From: Candidatus Magasanikiibacteriota bacterium
GTDB taxonomy: Bacteria > Patescibacteriota > Patescibacteriia > Magasanikbacterales > GWA2-37-8
Direction of reading: 5' to 3'
NCBI GenBank assembly: GCA_030650025.1
Contig: JAUSEN010000007.1
Span: 9,472-73,471, forward strand
Length of the DNA: 64,000 bases
Shown here: in pieces, positions 7,384 to 17,096 of the stretch
How positions within the stretch are numbered: the first letter of the stretch is position 1
How the letters are laid out: every line of letters begins with the position of its first letter
The notes under the pieces: generated by a model
Told to the model about the DNA's origin: nothing
The model's input: the letters and a program-made list of their open reading frames with translations, nothing else
Databases searched by the model: none
Program-made: the position numbers and the translations under genes

Positions 7384-8418
7384 ATGTCAATTAAGATTGC
7401 GATAAACGGATTTGGTAGGATCGGCCGGCAGGCCTTTAAGGTGGCTTTGGAACATAAAAAAATTCAGGTGCTCGCGATTAACGATTTAGCCGACCCCAAG
7501 ACTCTGGCGCATTTATTAAAATACGACACGGCCTATGGCCAGTACCCGCGCGCGGTTTCTTTTGACGAGAAAAATATTATTGTCGCTGGCCAGAAATTCC
7601 CGGTATTGAATGAAAAAGATCCGGCGCTATTACCATGGAAGAAATTAAAGATTGATGTGGTCCTAGAGAATACGGGTCGCTTTACTAAGAAAGAAGACGC
7701 GGAGAAGCATATTCAAGCGGGCGCGAAAAAAGTTATTATCAGCGCCCCGGCCAAGCCCTCCTCATCGGCGGGCGGGGTGGGCGTCCCGACTTATGTACTC
7801 GGCGTCAATGGTAATAAGATTCAAAAAGAAACGGCCAAGATAGTGAATAACGCTTCTTGCACCACTAACTGCATCGCGCCAGTCATGGCCGTGCTCGAGG
7901 ATGCTTTTGGCATTGAGAAGGCGATGATGACCACGATTCACGCTTATACGGCCGAGCAGAATTTGCAGGACGCGCCGCCGCCCGGCCTTAAGTCCGGTGA
8001 TTTACGGCGCGCGCGAGCGGCTGGTTTTAACATTGTCCCGACCTCGACAGGCGCGGCCAAGGCGGTCGCCGAAGCGATCCCCAGCCTTAAGGGAATTTTT
8101 GACGGCGTGGCTTTTCGGGTGCCAATTTTAACCGGTTCGCTTTCCGATATCACAGTGGTTTTAAAAAAACAAGTTACTAAAGATGAGGTGAACGCGGCGC
8201 TTATTAAAGCCGTAACTTTGCCGCGCTTCAAGGGTATATTAAGGGTAACCAGCGAGCCTTTGGTATCGTCCGATTTTATTGGCGACAGCGCTTCCAGCAT
8301 TGTGGATTTAAGTTTAACCAATGTGGTTGGCGGTAATTTGGTTAAGGTAGTGGCCTGGTATGACAACGAAGCGGGGTACGCGCACCGGCTGGTGGAGCTC
8401 GCGGAAATGTGGGGTTAA
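7384..8418 (+). CDS. gap: glyceraldehyde-3-phosphate dehydrogenase type I
   Basis: INGFGRIGR, ASCTTNC, WYDNE. Confidence 0.98.
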   Translation: MSIKIAINGFGRIGRQAFKVALEHKKIQVLAINDLADPKTLAHLLKYDTAYGQYPRAVSFDEKNIIVAGQKFPVLNEKDPALLPWKKLKIDVVLENTGRFTKKEDAEKHIQAGAKKVIISAPAKPSSSAGGVGVPTYVLGVNGNKIQKETAKIVNNASCTTNCIAPVMAVLEDAFGIEKAMMTTIHAYTAEQNLQDAPPPGLKSGDLRRARAAGFNIVPTSTGAAKAVAEAIPSLKGIFDGVAFRVPILTGSLSDITVVLKKQVTKDEVNAALIKAVTLPRFKGILRVTSEPLVSSDFIGDSASSIVDLSLTNVVGGNLVKVVAWYDNEAGYAHRLVELAEMWG

Positions 8419-8430
8419 AGCTATTTTTAC

Positions 8431-8439
8431 TTATCCACA
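8431..8439 (+). promoter_or_regulatory. consensus DnaA box TTATCCACA upstream of a TG-TATAAT promoter
   Basis: Exact match within a 19-nt sequence repeated at 22602-22620. Confidence 0.55.
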
Positions 8440-8563
8440 GGCAGGTTTAGCGTTTTTGGTGTATAATATGAAAGTCAAAAATGTGAGAAAAATTGCCAAT
8501 AAAAAAGAGAATTAATTTTTTGCATATTTATTTTATTAATTATTATTAGTAACTAAAGAAAGT

Positions 8564-8986
8564 ATGAATAATAAGGCAGTAGCAGCGATAGCAGGGGCGC
8601 TGATCTTAGTAGCAGTGGTGTTAGTATGGGGGGCGGGAGAAATAAAATCGTTGCATACATTGGCCACAGTGCCAGAAGGCGAATATAGCATGATTTATTT
8701 AACGAACGGCGAGACTTATGTTGGGAAAGTAAAACCTAAGGCAAGTTATTTGGAGGTAACAGAGGGAAATTTATTAGCAATTAGTAATGTTGTTAAGGGC
8801 GGGAAAGCGTTTCTTGATTATCGCCTGACATCTTTTAACAAAGGAGTGCTCTGGAAAAGCGAACGGTTAGTTATTAATTTTGATAGTGTCGTATTTTACG
8901 CGCCGCTCTTAAAGAGCAGTGAAGTAGTGAAAGCCTTGGAAAGGGCGCAGAAAGCAGGAGTGGTAGAAGAGACAGCGACGGAGTAA
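8564..8986 (+). CDS. membrane-anchored hypothetical protein
   Basis: N-terminal TM helix; YxxIYLTNGxxYxG beta-rich domain. Confidence 0.8.
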   Translation: MNNKAVAAIAGALILVAVVLVWGAGEIKSLHTLATVPEGEYSMIYLTNGETYVGKVKPKASYLEVTEGNLLAISNVVKGGKAFLDYRLTSFNKGVLWKSERLVINFDSVVFYAPLLKSSEVVKALERAQKAGVVEETATE

Positions 8987-9180
8987 GCCAGCTTATTAAT
9001 TTATTAAATATAATAAAATAATTAAAGGGGGTTATAAATCGAAAGTAGTTTTAAAAAATCAAAAACATTATTATCCCTACATGTAAGTGCAATTTTATTA
9101 GGTCGATAAAATTGTATAATAAAGGTAAGGTCAATAATAAATAAATTTAATAATCATTTAATCTTAATTCATAAAAAACT

Positions 9181-10290
9181 ATGAAGACAAACTTCTTCAA
9201 AGTCTACACCAAATCCGCAGGAATACTTGCGACTTTGGGGGCACTAGCTTTGAGCGCCGGCTCGGCTATGGCTGTGTCATCAATTGGTACTGACATTACC
9301 ACTGGCGGCATCATCACTGCCACGGGCGCTGGCCGCTTTGGCACAGGTTCGAATGTAACCGGCACTTTAGCAGTCACGGGCGTCTCCACCTTAACCGGTG
9401 AAGTCAACGCCGGGGCCGCTATCACTGCCACGGGCGCGGGTCGCTTTGGCACCGGTTCGAATGTTACCGGCACTTTAGCAGTTACGGGCGCGGCTACCTT
9501 GGATAGCGCTGTCATTACCAACAATGATACAGTGGGCGGCATCTTGAGCGTCACGGGCGCTGGTCGCTTTGGCACAGCCTCAAATGTAACCGGCACTTTA
9601 GCAGTTACTGGCGCGGCTACTTTGGATAGCGCCATTGTCACCAACAATACGGGAATCGGTGGCATCTTGAGCGTCACAGGCGCTGGTCGCTTTGGCACAG
9701 CCTCAAATGTTACCGGCACTTTAGCAGTTACTGGCGCGGCTACTTTGGATAGCGCTGTCATTACCAACAACGATACAGTTGGCGGCGTTTTGAGCGTCAC
9801 GGGAGCTGGCCGCTTTGGCACAGCCTCAAATGTAACCGGTACCCTAACAGTCACGGGCGTCTCCACCTTAACCGGTGAAGTCAATGCCGGAGCCGCTATC
9901 ACTGCCACGGGCGCGGGCCGCTTTGGCACAGGTACAAATGTAACCGGTACTTTAGCAGTTACGGGCAATACCACCTTGGTAACCACTACCTATAGTGGTG
10001 GCGGGTGGACCGGTGCGGCCATTAGTGCGGTTTTATCTGGCACGGCTTCCCTCTCTTTCACTGAAACGATTACTGATATCTGCCAAACTCTCACCATAGC
10101 TGTTACCGGAGCGCGCGATGGCGATGTGGTGGCGTTAGGTGTGCCGACGGCGGCGGCGGCGACTGTTTCCACCACCTTCTTCGGTTGGGTATCGGCAAAT
10201 GACACTGTGTCCGTCAAACGTTGTAACGTAGCGGCCACCACCGCGCCGGGCGCTGTAACAGTCCGGGCGGTTGTCTGGAAGTTCGATTAA
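9181..10290 (+). CDS. secreted repeat fibre/surface protein
   Basis: Signal peptide (..GSAMA), six TGAGRFGTxxNVTGTL(A/T)VTG repeats, beta-rich C-terminal domain with two Cys. Confidence 0.85.
   Translation: MKTNFFKVYTKSAGILATLGALALSAGSAMAVSSIGTDITTGGIITATGAGRFGTGSNVTGTLAVTGVSTLTGEVNAGAAITATGAGRFGTGSNVTGTLAVTGAATLDSAVITNNDTVGGILSVTGAGRFGTASNVTGTLAVTGAATLDSAIVTNNTGIGGILSVTGAGRFGTASNVTGTLAVTGAATLDSAVITNNDTVGGVLSVTGAGRFGTASNVTGTLTVTGVSTLTGEVNAGAAITATGAGRFGTGTNVTGTLAVTGNTTLVTTTYSGGGWTGAAISAVLSGTASLSFTETITDICQTLTIAVTGARDGDVVALGVPTAAAATVSTTFFGWVSANDTVSVKRCNVAATTAPGAVTVRAVVWKFD
9313..9975 (+). repeat. coding tandem repeats (108- and 123-bp units)
   Basis: Near-identical units in the order A-B-B-B-A-partial. 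Confidence 0.85.
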
Positions 10291-10461
10291 TTTAATTTAG
10301 CAATGAGAGTGTGCCTTTCTTGAGTTAACTTGGTTTGGTGGGGAGTTTTAAAAGACTCCCCGCTTCACCAAAGGATTCAAAAAGACAGCCAGTCCTCTAA
10401 AAAGGTCGGGCACGAGGCATGGCGCACCTCACTAACCCTACTTAAAATATAGAGATAAACT

Positions 10462-11904
10462 ATGAATAAGAAATTACTTGGACTTCTTGGAACAATAGGG
10501 GCGTTGGTGTTTCCGGTGCTGGTCTTGGCCGCTTTTAACACGGTCACCTTTATTCAAAATACTGACATACCGCTTAGTGATGGGAACGGCAGTATAATCT
10601 TGATCGTGACGAGCACCTCTAACATAGCCAGCACGACCATTGGCACCGGCTCATTGGATATAGGCCTGGAAAGCGGTTCGGAGATTACTCTGATGACCGC
10701 CAGCAAAAGAGTGCTGTTGGTTAGTCCCGCGATCGCGACTTTTACTTGTGGAGCAACGACCTCTACTGTAACTCTTACATCGGCTTCAACTCAAAATGTT
10801 ACCATAACATTGGGAGACTACTGTATACGCAGTTTTTCCGCCACTTCATTTTTTCAAGCGGCGGTTCCAACGATACCACTCTCTTGGAGCGGATCGTCGA
10901 GTGTATACTATGTCACCACTACTTTAGCTAGCACCGGCGCGACTGTAAGTTCGGCGACAACTTCGGCGCAAACTTATAATGTGACCGCGGGCTTAAATTG
11001 TGGCTTTACGTATGTCGTGTATGTACATGGTCAAACTGGTGCTTTAAGTTCCAATTTAGTTTCGGCGAGTGTGCAAACTTACCTTTGCCCGGGTCAGTCA
11101 GTGTTGCCCCAGGCGTCTTCTGGCGGTGGCGGCGCGTCACCGGCTTTGGCCACACCGACTCCGGTAACCACCACGACTGTTCCGGTTCCAACTACCACCA
11201 CTACTTTAACTCCCACTTCTCCAATACCACCTGCTCCATTGGCTACTCCAGCGGTAACTACTCCGTTTGGCACGAAGCCCGCGTCTTGCCCGGCAATTTT
11301 GCCTGGCGACATGATAAAGGTGGTAGGGAAAGCGCCAATCTATGTTGTGAACAAGGCCTTCCAGACGCTTTACTTCCCCAGCGGCAATGAGTTTAAGAGC
11401 TGGAATATGGACGACAAGTATGGCGGTTACACCAGTATCTCGCAAACTTGTTTTGATGACCTAAAATTACCAGTGATGTTCCCGCTGGCGGTAAACTTCC
11501 GCCCGGGTAGTTTTGTGGTAAAGAAGGCCACTTCACCGCAGTTGTATGTTGTCTTACCAGGCAATTCCTTGGCGAAGATAACAGCGAGCGCGGCCAGGGC
11601 TTTATATGGAGCGACTTATCGGCCCGTGGTAGTTTCGAGTCTATTCTGGCCTAGCTATGTCAAGAGTGGCGCTGATATTACGGCCAGCAAACCACACGAA
11701 GGCATGTTGGTCAGTAATGGCGGGAAAAAATGGTATGTGGACGCCGGGCTAGTACTGCGCGAGGTCACAACTTCTGGCATGTCAGCTAACCGCTTCAAGC
11801 AAGCCTTTGTGCACCCAGCGACTGACGCGATGATTTCCGGCTTTACTAAGGGTGGCGTGATAACAGCCTTAGAAGCCAAATTTGCTAGTCGTATTTCGGA
11901 TTAG
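10462..11904 (+). CDS. secreted surface protein with Ser/Thr-rich beta domains, Pro/Thr linker and C-terminal domain
   Basis: Signal peptide, Fn3-like segment, PT-rich linker, GDMIK...YFP...FKSW domain. Confidence 0.85.
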   Translation: MNKKLLGLLGTIGALVFPVLVLAAFNTVTFIQNTDIPLSDGNGSIILIVTSTSNIASTTIGTGSLDIGLESGSEITLMTASKRVLLVSPAIATFTCGATTSTVTLTSASTQNVTITLGDYCIRSFSATSFFQAAVPTIPLSWSGSSSVYYVTTTLASTGATVSSATTSAQTYNVTAGLNCGFTYVVYVHGQTGALSSNLVSASVQTYLCPGQSVLPQASSGGGGASPALATPTPVTTTTVPVPTTTTTLTPTSPIPPAPLATPAVTTPFGTKPASCPAILPGDMIKVVGKAPIYVVNKAFQTLYFPSGNEFKSWNMDDKYGGYTSISQTCFDDLKLPVMFPLAVNFRPGSFVVKKATSPQLYVVLPGNSLAKITASAARALYGATYRPVVVSSLFWPSYVKSGADITASKPHEGMLVSNGGKKWYVDAGLVLREVTTSGMSANRFKQAFVHPATDAMISGFTKGGVITALEAKFASRISD

Positions 11905-11943
11905 CATCTTCGGATTAGTATCTTAAGCATCGTAGTTAATAGC

Positions 11944-11975
11944 AAACACCCGCCTCATCGGCGGGTGTTTTGTTT
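11944..11975 (+). terminator. intrinsic terminator
   Basis: AAACACCCGCC-TCATC-GGCGGGTGTTT followed by T-rich tail. Confidence 0.8.
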
Positions 11976-12029
11976 GCGTAATTTATGGTTTTTTGCTAAA
12001 ATTAAGGCACTTAAGTGTAAATAATATTT

Positions 12030-13412
12030 ATGCGTGATTTAGTTTTGGAAACGACAAAAAAAGTGGGGCAAGAGGTGGTTTTAAAGGGTTGGGTGAACGC
12101 ACGGCGCAATATGGGAAAAATTGTGTTTTTGGATTTGCGCGATCGCTCTGGCATTGTGCAAGTCGTTGGCGTGCCGGCGGAATTGAGCGCCGAGAGCCAA
12201 GAGAGATTAAAAGAAATTCGGCCCGAGTGGGTAGTTGAAATCAGAGGAGTAGTAAATGAGCGCGGGGAGAAGCAAAAAAATCCGGCCATGCCCACGGGTT
12301 TGGTGGAAGTTTTGGCTAAAGAGTTAATTGTGTTAAATACGGCCGAAACGCCGCCGTTTGAGATTGATAAAGACACGAGTGGCATTTCCGAGGAACTGCG
12401 CTTGAAATATCGCTATTTGGATTTGAGAAGTGACAGAATGATTAAAAATTTGGACAGGCGGCATTTGGTAGTGAAATTTATCCGGGATTATTTGTCGGCG
12501 CGCGGTTTTATTGAGGTGGAAACGCCCTTGTTAACCAAAGGCACTCCCGAAGGCGCGCGAGAATTTATCGTGCCCTCGCGCTTGCACGCTGGCAAATTTT
12601 ATGTTTTGCCCCAGTCGCCCCAGCAGTTTAAGCAGTTGTTGATGGTAGCGGGAGTAGAAAAATATTTTCAAATCGCGCGAGCGCTCCGCGATGAGGACCA
12701 GCGAGGCGACCGCCAACCCGAACACACTCAACTAGACATTGAAATGAGTTTTGTGACGCAAGATGATGTTTTAAATTTGGTAGAAGATTTATTCACGGCT
12801 TTAGTGAAAGAAAAATTTCCCAATAAAATTCTGTCGTTAGCTTCGTTCCCGCGCATTTCTTACGATGAGTGCCTTAAAAAATATGGCACCGATAAGCCCG
12901 ATCTCCGCGCCGACAAAAATAACCCACACGAGCTAGCCTTCGCCTGGATCGTTGATTTCCCCATGTTTGAAAAAGATGAGAACGGGAATATTCAGGCTAT
13001 GCACCACCCGTTTTGCGCTCCCCAAGAGCCCGAATTATTGGATTCTGACCCGCTTAAAATGCACGCGGCGCAATATGATTTGGTATTGAATGGTTATGAG
13101 CTGGCTTCGGGCAGTATCCGCATTCATAATAGCGAATTGCAATCCAAAATATTCAAAATTATGGGGCTATCCGCAGAGGAAGCGCAAAATAAATTTGGCC
13201 ATATGCTGGAAGCGTTTACATACGGCGCTCCGCCGCACGGCGGTATTGCTCCCGGCATTGACCGTTTGGTAATGCTTTTAGCCGGAGAGCCAAATATTCG
13301 CGAAGTGATTGCCTTTCCTAAAACCGGGGATGCCAGAGATTTGATGATGAGCGCGCCCTCGGATTTGCCCGAACAGGCGCTTAAAGACGCGCATATTAAG
13401 ATTGTGAAATAA
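12030..13412 (+). CDS. aspS: aspartate--tRNA ligase (short form)
   Basis: RLKYRYLDLR, PQSPQQFKQLLM, GAPPHGG.A.G.DR; 460 aa. Confidence 0.97.
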   Translation: MRDLVLETTKKVGQEVVLKGWVNARRNMGKIVFLDLRDRSGIVQVVGVPAELSAESQERLKEIRPEWVVEIRGVVNERGEKQKNPAMPTGLVEVLAKELIVLNTAETPPFEIDKDTSGISEELRLKYRYLDLRSDRMIKNLDRRHLVVKFIRDYLSARGFIEVETPLLTKGTPEGAREFIVPSRLHAGKFYVLPQSPQQFKQLLMVAGVEKYFQIARALRDEDQRGDRQPEHTQLDIEMSFVTQDDVLNLVEDLFTALVKEKFPNKILSLASFPRISYDECLKKYGTDKPDLRADKNNPHELAFAWIVDFPMFEKDENGNIQAMHHPFCAPQEPELLDSDPLKMHAAQYDLVLNGYELASGSIRIHNSELQSKIFKIMGLSAEEAQNKFGHMLEAFTYGAPPHGGIAPGIDRLVMLLAGEPNIREVIAFPKTGDARDLMMSAPSDLPEQALKDAHIKIVK

Positions 13413-13430
13413 ATTTAGTAATGGCGTTGA

Positions 13431-13459
13431 GTAGGGACAGGGCAATGCCCTGTCCCTAC
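13431..13459. repeat. GTAG-type REP-like palindrome
   Basis: GTAGGGACAGGGCA-A-TGCCCTGTCCCTAC perfect inverted repeat. Confidence 0.7.
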
Positions 13460-13483
13460 CAGAGATGTTAATAAAATAACAAA

Positions 13484-14176
13484 ATGCCGATAGATTTAAA
13501 ACTGGAAAAATTTGCCGGGCCGCTGGATTTGCTCCTGCAGTTGATTGGCGAGGACAAATTGAATATAACGGACGTGGCGCTAGCGAAAGTAACCGAGCAA
13601 TATCTGGCTTATTTAAATACGCTTGAGCACGAGCGCCCGGACGAACTGGCGGATTTTTTGGTGGTGGCCACGCGCCTGGTGTTTATGAAGTCGCGGGAAT
13701 TATTGCCCGTGTTAACGCCGGATGAAGATGAGGGGATTTCTTTGGCCGAACAGCTGAAAATGTACCAAAAATTTGTAGTGGCGAGCAAAGTAGTCTTGGC
13801 GCTGTGGGAGCGAAAGCTCTTGGCCTATGGCCGGGCAGAGCCGCTATTAAGACCAGCCGCTTTTGTGCTCCCGGCTAACGCGCGAGCGCAAAATTTACGC
13901 GTTGCCATAGGCGAACTGCTTAAGCGGCTGAAGCCAGTGGCGCCCTTGCCCGAGGTGTCGATTGACAAAAGCATAACTTTGCGCGAGCGGATTCAGAAGA
14001 TATTTGATTTTTTACGGCAATGGAAGAAAATTAGTTTCCGCGAATTATTTAAAGGGGCGAAAAATAAAACTGAAATAATCGTGGGTTTTTTGGCATTACT
14101 CGAGTTAATGAAACAAGATAAAATTGCCATTTCGCAACCGCAGGCATTTAGTGATATGGAAATTAAACACGTGTAA
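13484..14176 (+). CDS. scpA: segregation/condensation protein A
   Basis: FAGPLDLLLQLI, FLALLELMK. Confidence 0.95.
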   Translation: MPIDLKLEKFAGPLDLLLQLIGEDKLNITDVALAKVTEQYLAYLNTLEHERPDELADFLVVATRLVFMKSRELLPVLTPDEDEGISLAEQLKMYQKFVVASKVVLALWERKLLAYGRAEPLLRPAAFVLPANARAQNLRVAIGELLKRLKPVAPLPEVSIDKSITLRERIQKIFDFLRQWKKISFRELFKGAKNKTEIIVGFLALLELMKQDKIAISQPQAFSDMEIKHV

Positions 14177-14186
14177 ATAGGAAACT

Positions 14187-14212
14187 AGATTCCCGCTGGC
14201 GCGGGAATGACA
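14187..14212. repeat. ATTCCCGC...GCGGGAATGACA palindrome (dRS3/RPE-like)
   Basis: AGATTCCCGCTGGCGCGGGAATGACA. Confidence 0.65.
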
Positions 14213-14239
14213 GAATAATATTTTTTGGTTAATAAAAAT

Positions 14240-14797
14240 ATGAATGAATTGGTTAGAAAAATTGAAACGATATTATTTGTGGCGGGGAAGCCGGTGAGTG
14301 TTAAAAAATTGGCCAAAGTTTTAGTGGTCACGGAAGCGGCGATTAGCGCGGCGCTCTTGGAGTTAACAAATAAATATCCCGCCGGGGCGGGGGTGGTGCT
14401 ATTCAACAGCGGCGATGAGTGGCAGTTAGTTTCTAACCCTGAAGAACGGGAATTAGCGGAACAATTTATTAAAGCCGAGGCGAGCGGCGACTTAACCAGG
14501 CCGCAGCTCGAAGCTTTAACCGTAGTGGCGTACTCGGGACCTATTACCAAGCCAGAGTTAGAAGCGATTCGCGGAGTAAACTGCAGCCTGATTTTGCATA
14601 ATTTACTGATACGAGGCTTGGTAGAGGAGCGCGAAGACAGCCTGGAGCTTTTGCCCACTTATGAAGTCACCATGGAATATTTGCGGCATTTGGGGGTAGA
14701 GAGAGTTACGGAATTGCCGGATTACGCTACTCTGCACGCGCATGATTACATAACTAAAGCTTTGGCAGCGGAGCCATCTGCCAGCGTAGTAACATAA
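14240..14797 (+). CDS. scpB: SMC-Scp complex subunit ScpB
   Basis: IETILFVAG.P, LEALTVVAY..PIT..ELE.IRGV. Confidence 0.95.
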   Translation: MNELVRKIETILFVAGKPVSVKKLAKVLVVTEAAISAALLELTNKYPAGAGVVLFNSGDEWQLVSNPEERELAEQFIKAEASGDLTRPQLEALTVVAYSGPITKPELEAIRGVNCSLILHNLLIRGLVEEREDSLELLPTYEVTMEYLRHLGVERVTELPDYATLHAHDYITKALAAEPSASVVT

Positions 14798-14805
14798 TAA
14801 GTAAT

Positions 14806-15834
14806 GTGAAAAAATCTTGGTTTGATTTTTTATCTTCGTTTGGTGTGATGATGCTTGGCATCGGGCTTTTGTTTGGAGCGTCGGTTTACTTTGGGCCAGC
14901 GGCGGCGGGCCACCCCCGCCAACTGCCTGTTTCCGCGCCGCGCGCGCTTAATATAAGCCGGGTAGAGGGAGGGGACAGCGTGGGGTTAGAACTGCCGGCT
15001 TCAAAACCGCGCGTGCCAATTAAAAAAGATAGCAGTATTTTTTTGGGTTCATTAACAGCCGCCTCGGCTTTGGTGGTGGACGATGAAACTAACACGGTAC
15101 TGTTTGAAAAAAATAGCAATCGCCCGCGCGCTTTGGCCAGCCTCACCAAGCTGATGACCGCTCTAATATTAAATTCTTTGCCAATCAATTGGCAAGCCAC
15201 CACCACCGTAACTTCGGATGATGTTGACTCGAGCAGTCATCATTTAACAGCAGGCGATGTTTTAACGCTCGATGACCTGTGGCACGCGGCGTTAATCGGG
15301 TCTTCGAATAGCGCCGTCGAAGCCTTGGTCCGAGAGAGCGGAGTTTCGAACGCCAATTTTGTGGATCGCATGAATGCCCGCGCCCGCGAGTTGCGCCTGC
15401 CGAGCCTAGCGTTTACCGAGCCGACGGGGTTAAGCGGGGGCGATGTGGGGTCCGCGTGGGACGCGGCTCGTCTTCTTAAAGAAGCTTTAAAAATTCCGCG
15501 GATTGAACGCGCGCTCATGATCAGCGAGTATTATATCAGGCCGGCGGGCGCCGTTAAAGCGCGCCGCATTTGGAGCACGGATTGGCTGTTAAACAATTGG
15601 ATAGAGAGCGAATTTGGGCCAGACCAAATTGCCGGTAAAACCGGATTTATCGCGGAATCCGGGTATAATTTTGCCGCGCGCTTTACGGGCCGAGCGGGCA
15701 AAAGTGTGCGCGTGGTAATACTGGGGGCGGATACCAATGAAGCGCGCTTTAGCGCCGCGCGCGATTTGGCGAGTTGGGCGTTAAAGGAATATGTTTGGCC
15801 AAGCGACCCAAGTTATTCCGCGATTGTAGAATAA
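14806..15834 (+). CDS. D-alanyl-D-alanine carboxypeptidase (peptidase S11)
   Basis: ASLTK (SxxK), SSN (SxN), KTG triad; N-terminal TM. Confidence 0.92.
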   Translation: MKKSWFDFLSSFGVMMLGIGLLFGASVYFGPAAAGHPRQLPVSAPRALNISRVEGGDSVGLELPASKPRVPIKKDSSIFLGSLTAASALVVDDETNTVLFEKNSNRPRALASLTKLMTALILNSLPINWQATTTVTSDDVDSSSHHLTAGDVLTLDDLWHAALIGSSNSAVEALVRESGVSNANFVDRMNARARELRLPSLAFTEPTGLSGGDVGSAWDAARLLKEALKIPRIERALMISEYYIRPAGAVKARRIWSTDWLLNNWIESEFGPDQIAGKTGFIAESGYNFAARFTGRAGKSVRVVILGADTNEARFSAARDLASWALKEYVWPSDPSYSAIVE

Positions 15835-15849
15835 TTTAGCACTAATCGT

Positions 15850-17037
15850 ATGAAAATAAATTCAATTCGTGACGTCAAAAATTTAGCGGGCAAACGCGTG
15901 TTAGTCCGCGTGGATTTTAACGTGCCGATCAAAAATGGCCAGGTACTCGACGACTATAAAATGCGAAAAAATCTGCCCACGATTAAGTATTTGATAGACA
16001 AGAAGGCAAAACTTATTCTCATGAGCCATTTAGGCATGTTGAGCCCGACTGATCCGCCGCAAAGCTTGCGGCCGGTTGCCAAGCATCTGGAGAAATTGTT
16101 AAAACAGCCGGTAAAATTTGTTCCCTTCAAATTAGGGACAAATCCGGAATTAAAATTGATTGATTTAAAAAATGGGGAGGTGGCGGTTTTAGAGAATGTA
16201 CGCTACGCACCGGACGAAAAAACAAACACGGGAATTTTTGCCAAAGAACTGGCTAAACAGGCGGATTATTATGTCTTGGACGGGTTTGCCTCGGCACACC
16301 GCAATTCTACTTCAGTGGCAGGCGTTGCCAAATATTTGCCAGCCTTCGGAGGTTTGCTTATCACAGAAGAAATTGCCGGTCTTTCTAAAGTCATGGAAAA
16401 ACCTAACCAACCACTCGTAGTACTCATCGGCGGGGCTAAAGCCGAAACCAAGATTTCGGTGGTAAAAAATTTACTTCCGAAAGCCGACTATATTTTAGTG
16501 AGCGGCGGATTTTTCAATACATATTTGTGGGCTAAGGGTTTTAAAGTTGGCGGGTCGCTTATTCAAAAAGAGTTCAAAACCGAAATTTTAAAATATGCCC
16601 AATCAAAAAAATTGATTTTGCCGGTTGACCTGGTCGTGGGCCGGGCGGACGGTAGCGCGGCTCGAGTCGTCCCAATTAACGCGGATTTCAAAATTACTGA
16701 TTCCAAGCTCGCTATTTACGACATTGGCCCGGCCACGGTGCAACTATTCGCGGAATACATTAAACAGGCCGCCACCCTTATTTGGAATGGCGCGATGGGG
16801 CGGTTTGAGGTGCACCCTTACGAGTACGGCACGTTTAGCCTGGCGCGTTTGTTTGCCGCCCGATCCAAGGGCAAGGCGTTTGGCGTTTGCGGCGGCGGGG
16901 AAACAGTGCAAGTGGTGGAAAAATTGAAAGTGGCTGACCAAATTGACCTGGTTTCGACCGGCGGCGGGGCGATGCTAGAGTTTTTGGGCGGTAAAAAACT
17001 TCCCGGTTTCTTGGCCTTGAGTAAAAAAGCGAAATAG
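15850..17037 (+). CDS. pgk: phosphoglycerate kinase
   Basis: RVDFNVP, LENVRY, STGGGA.LE. Confidence 0.98.
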   Translation: MKINSIRDVKNLAGKRVLVRVDFNVPIKNGQVLDDYKMRKNLPTIKYLIDKKAKLILMSHLGMLSPTDPPQSLRPVAKHLEKLLKQPVKFVPFKLGTNPELKLIDLKNGEVAVLENVRYAPDEKTNTGIFAKELAKQADYYVLDGFASAHRNSTSVAGVAKYLPAFGGLLITEEIAGLSKVMEKPNQPLVVLIGGAKAETKISVVKNLLPKADYILVSGGFFNTYLWAKGFKVGGSLIQKEFKTEILKYAQSKKLILPVDLVVGRADGSAARVVPINADFKITDSKLAIYDIGPATVQLFAEYIKQAATLIWNGAMGRFEVHPYEYGTFSLARLFAARSKGKAFGVCGGGETVQVVEKLKVADQIDLVSTGGGAMLEFLGGKKLPGFLALSKKAK

Positions 17038-17096
17038 TGGTATAATATAGTTGTTATTTATTAATGAACGCCGGTAGCGTTTAATAGGAGGGAAAT

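Noticed and set aside
7750-7790. Possible hairpin insertion in gap (PSSSAGGVG loop)
   Set aside because: No clean palindrome; the loop is naturally variable
8431-8439. oriC at the DnaA boxes
   Set aside because: Single isolated boxes; no cluster and no dnaA/dnaN nearby
9204-9986. Antisense 260-aa repeat ORF, and the repeats as a possible CRISPR array
   Set aside because: Mirror of the coding repeats; units are in-frame with no unique spacers and no cas genes
11897-11924. 14-nt tandem duplication TCGGATTAG(C/T)ATCT at a stop codon
   Set aside because: Probably a local slippage event with no further structure
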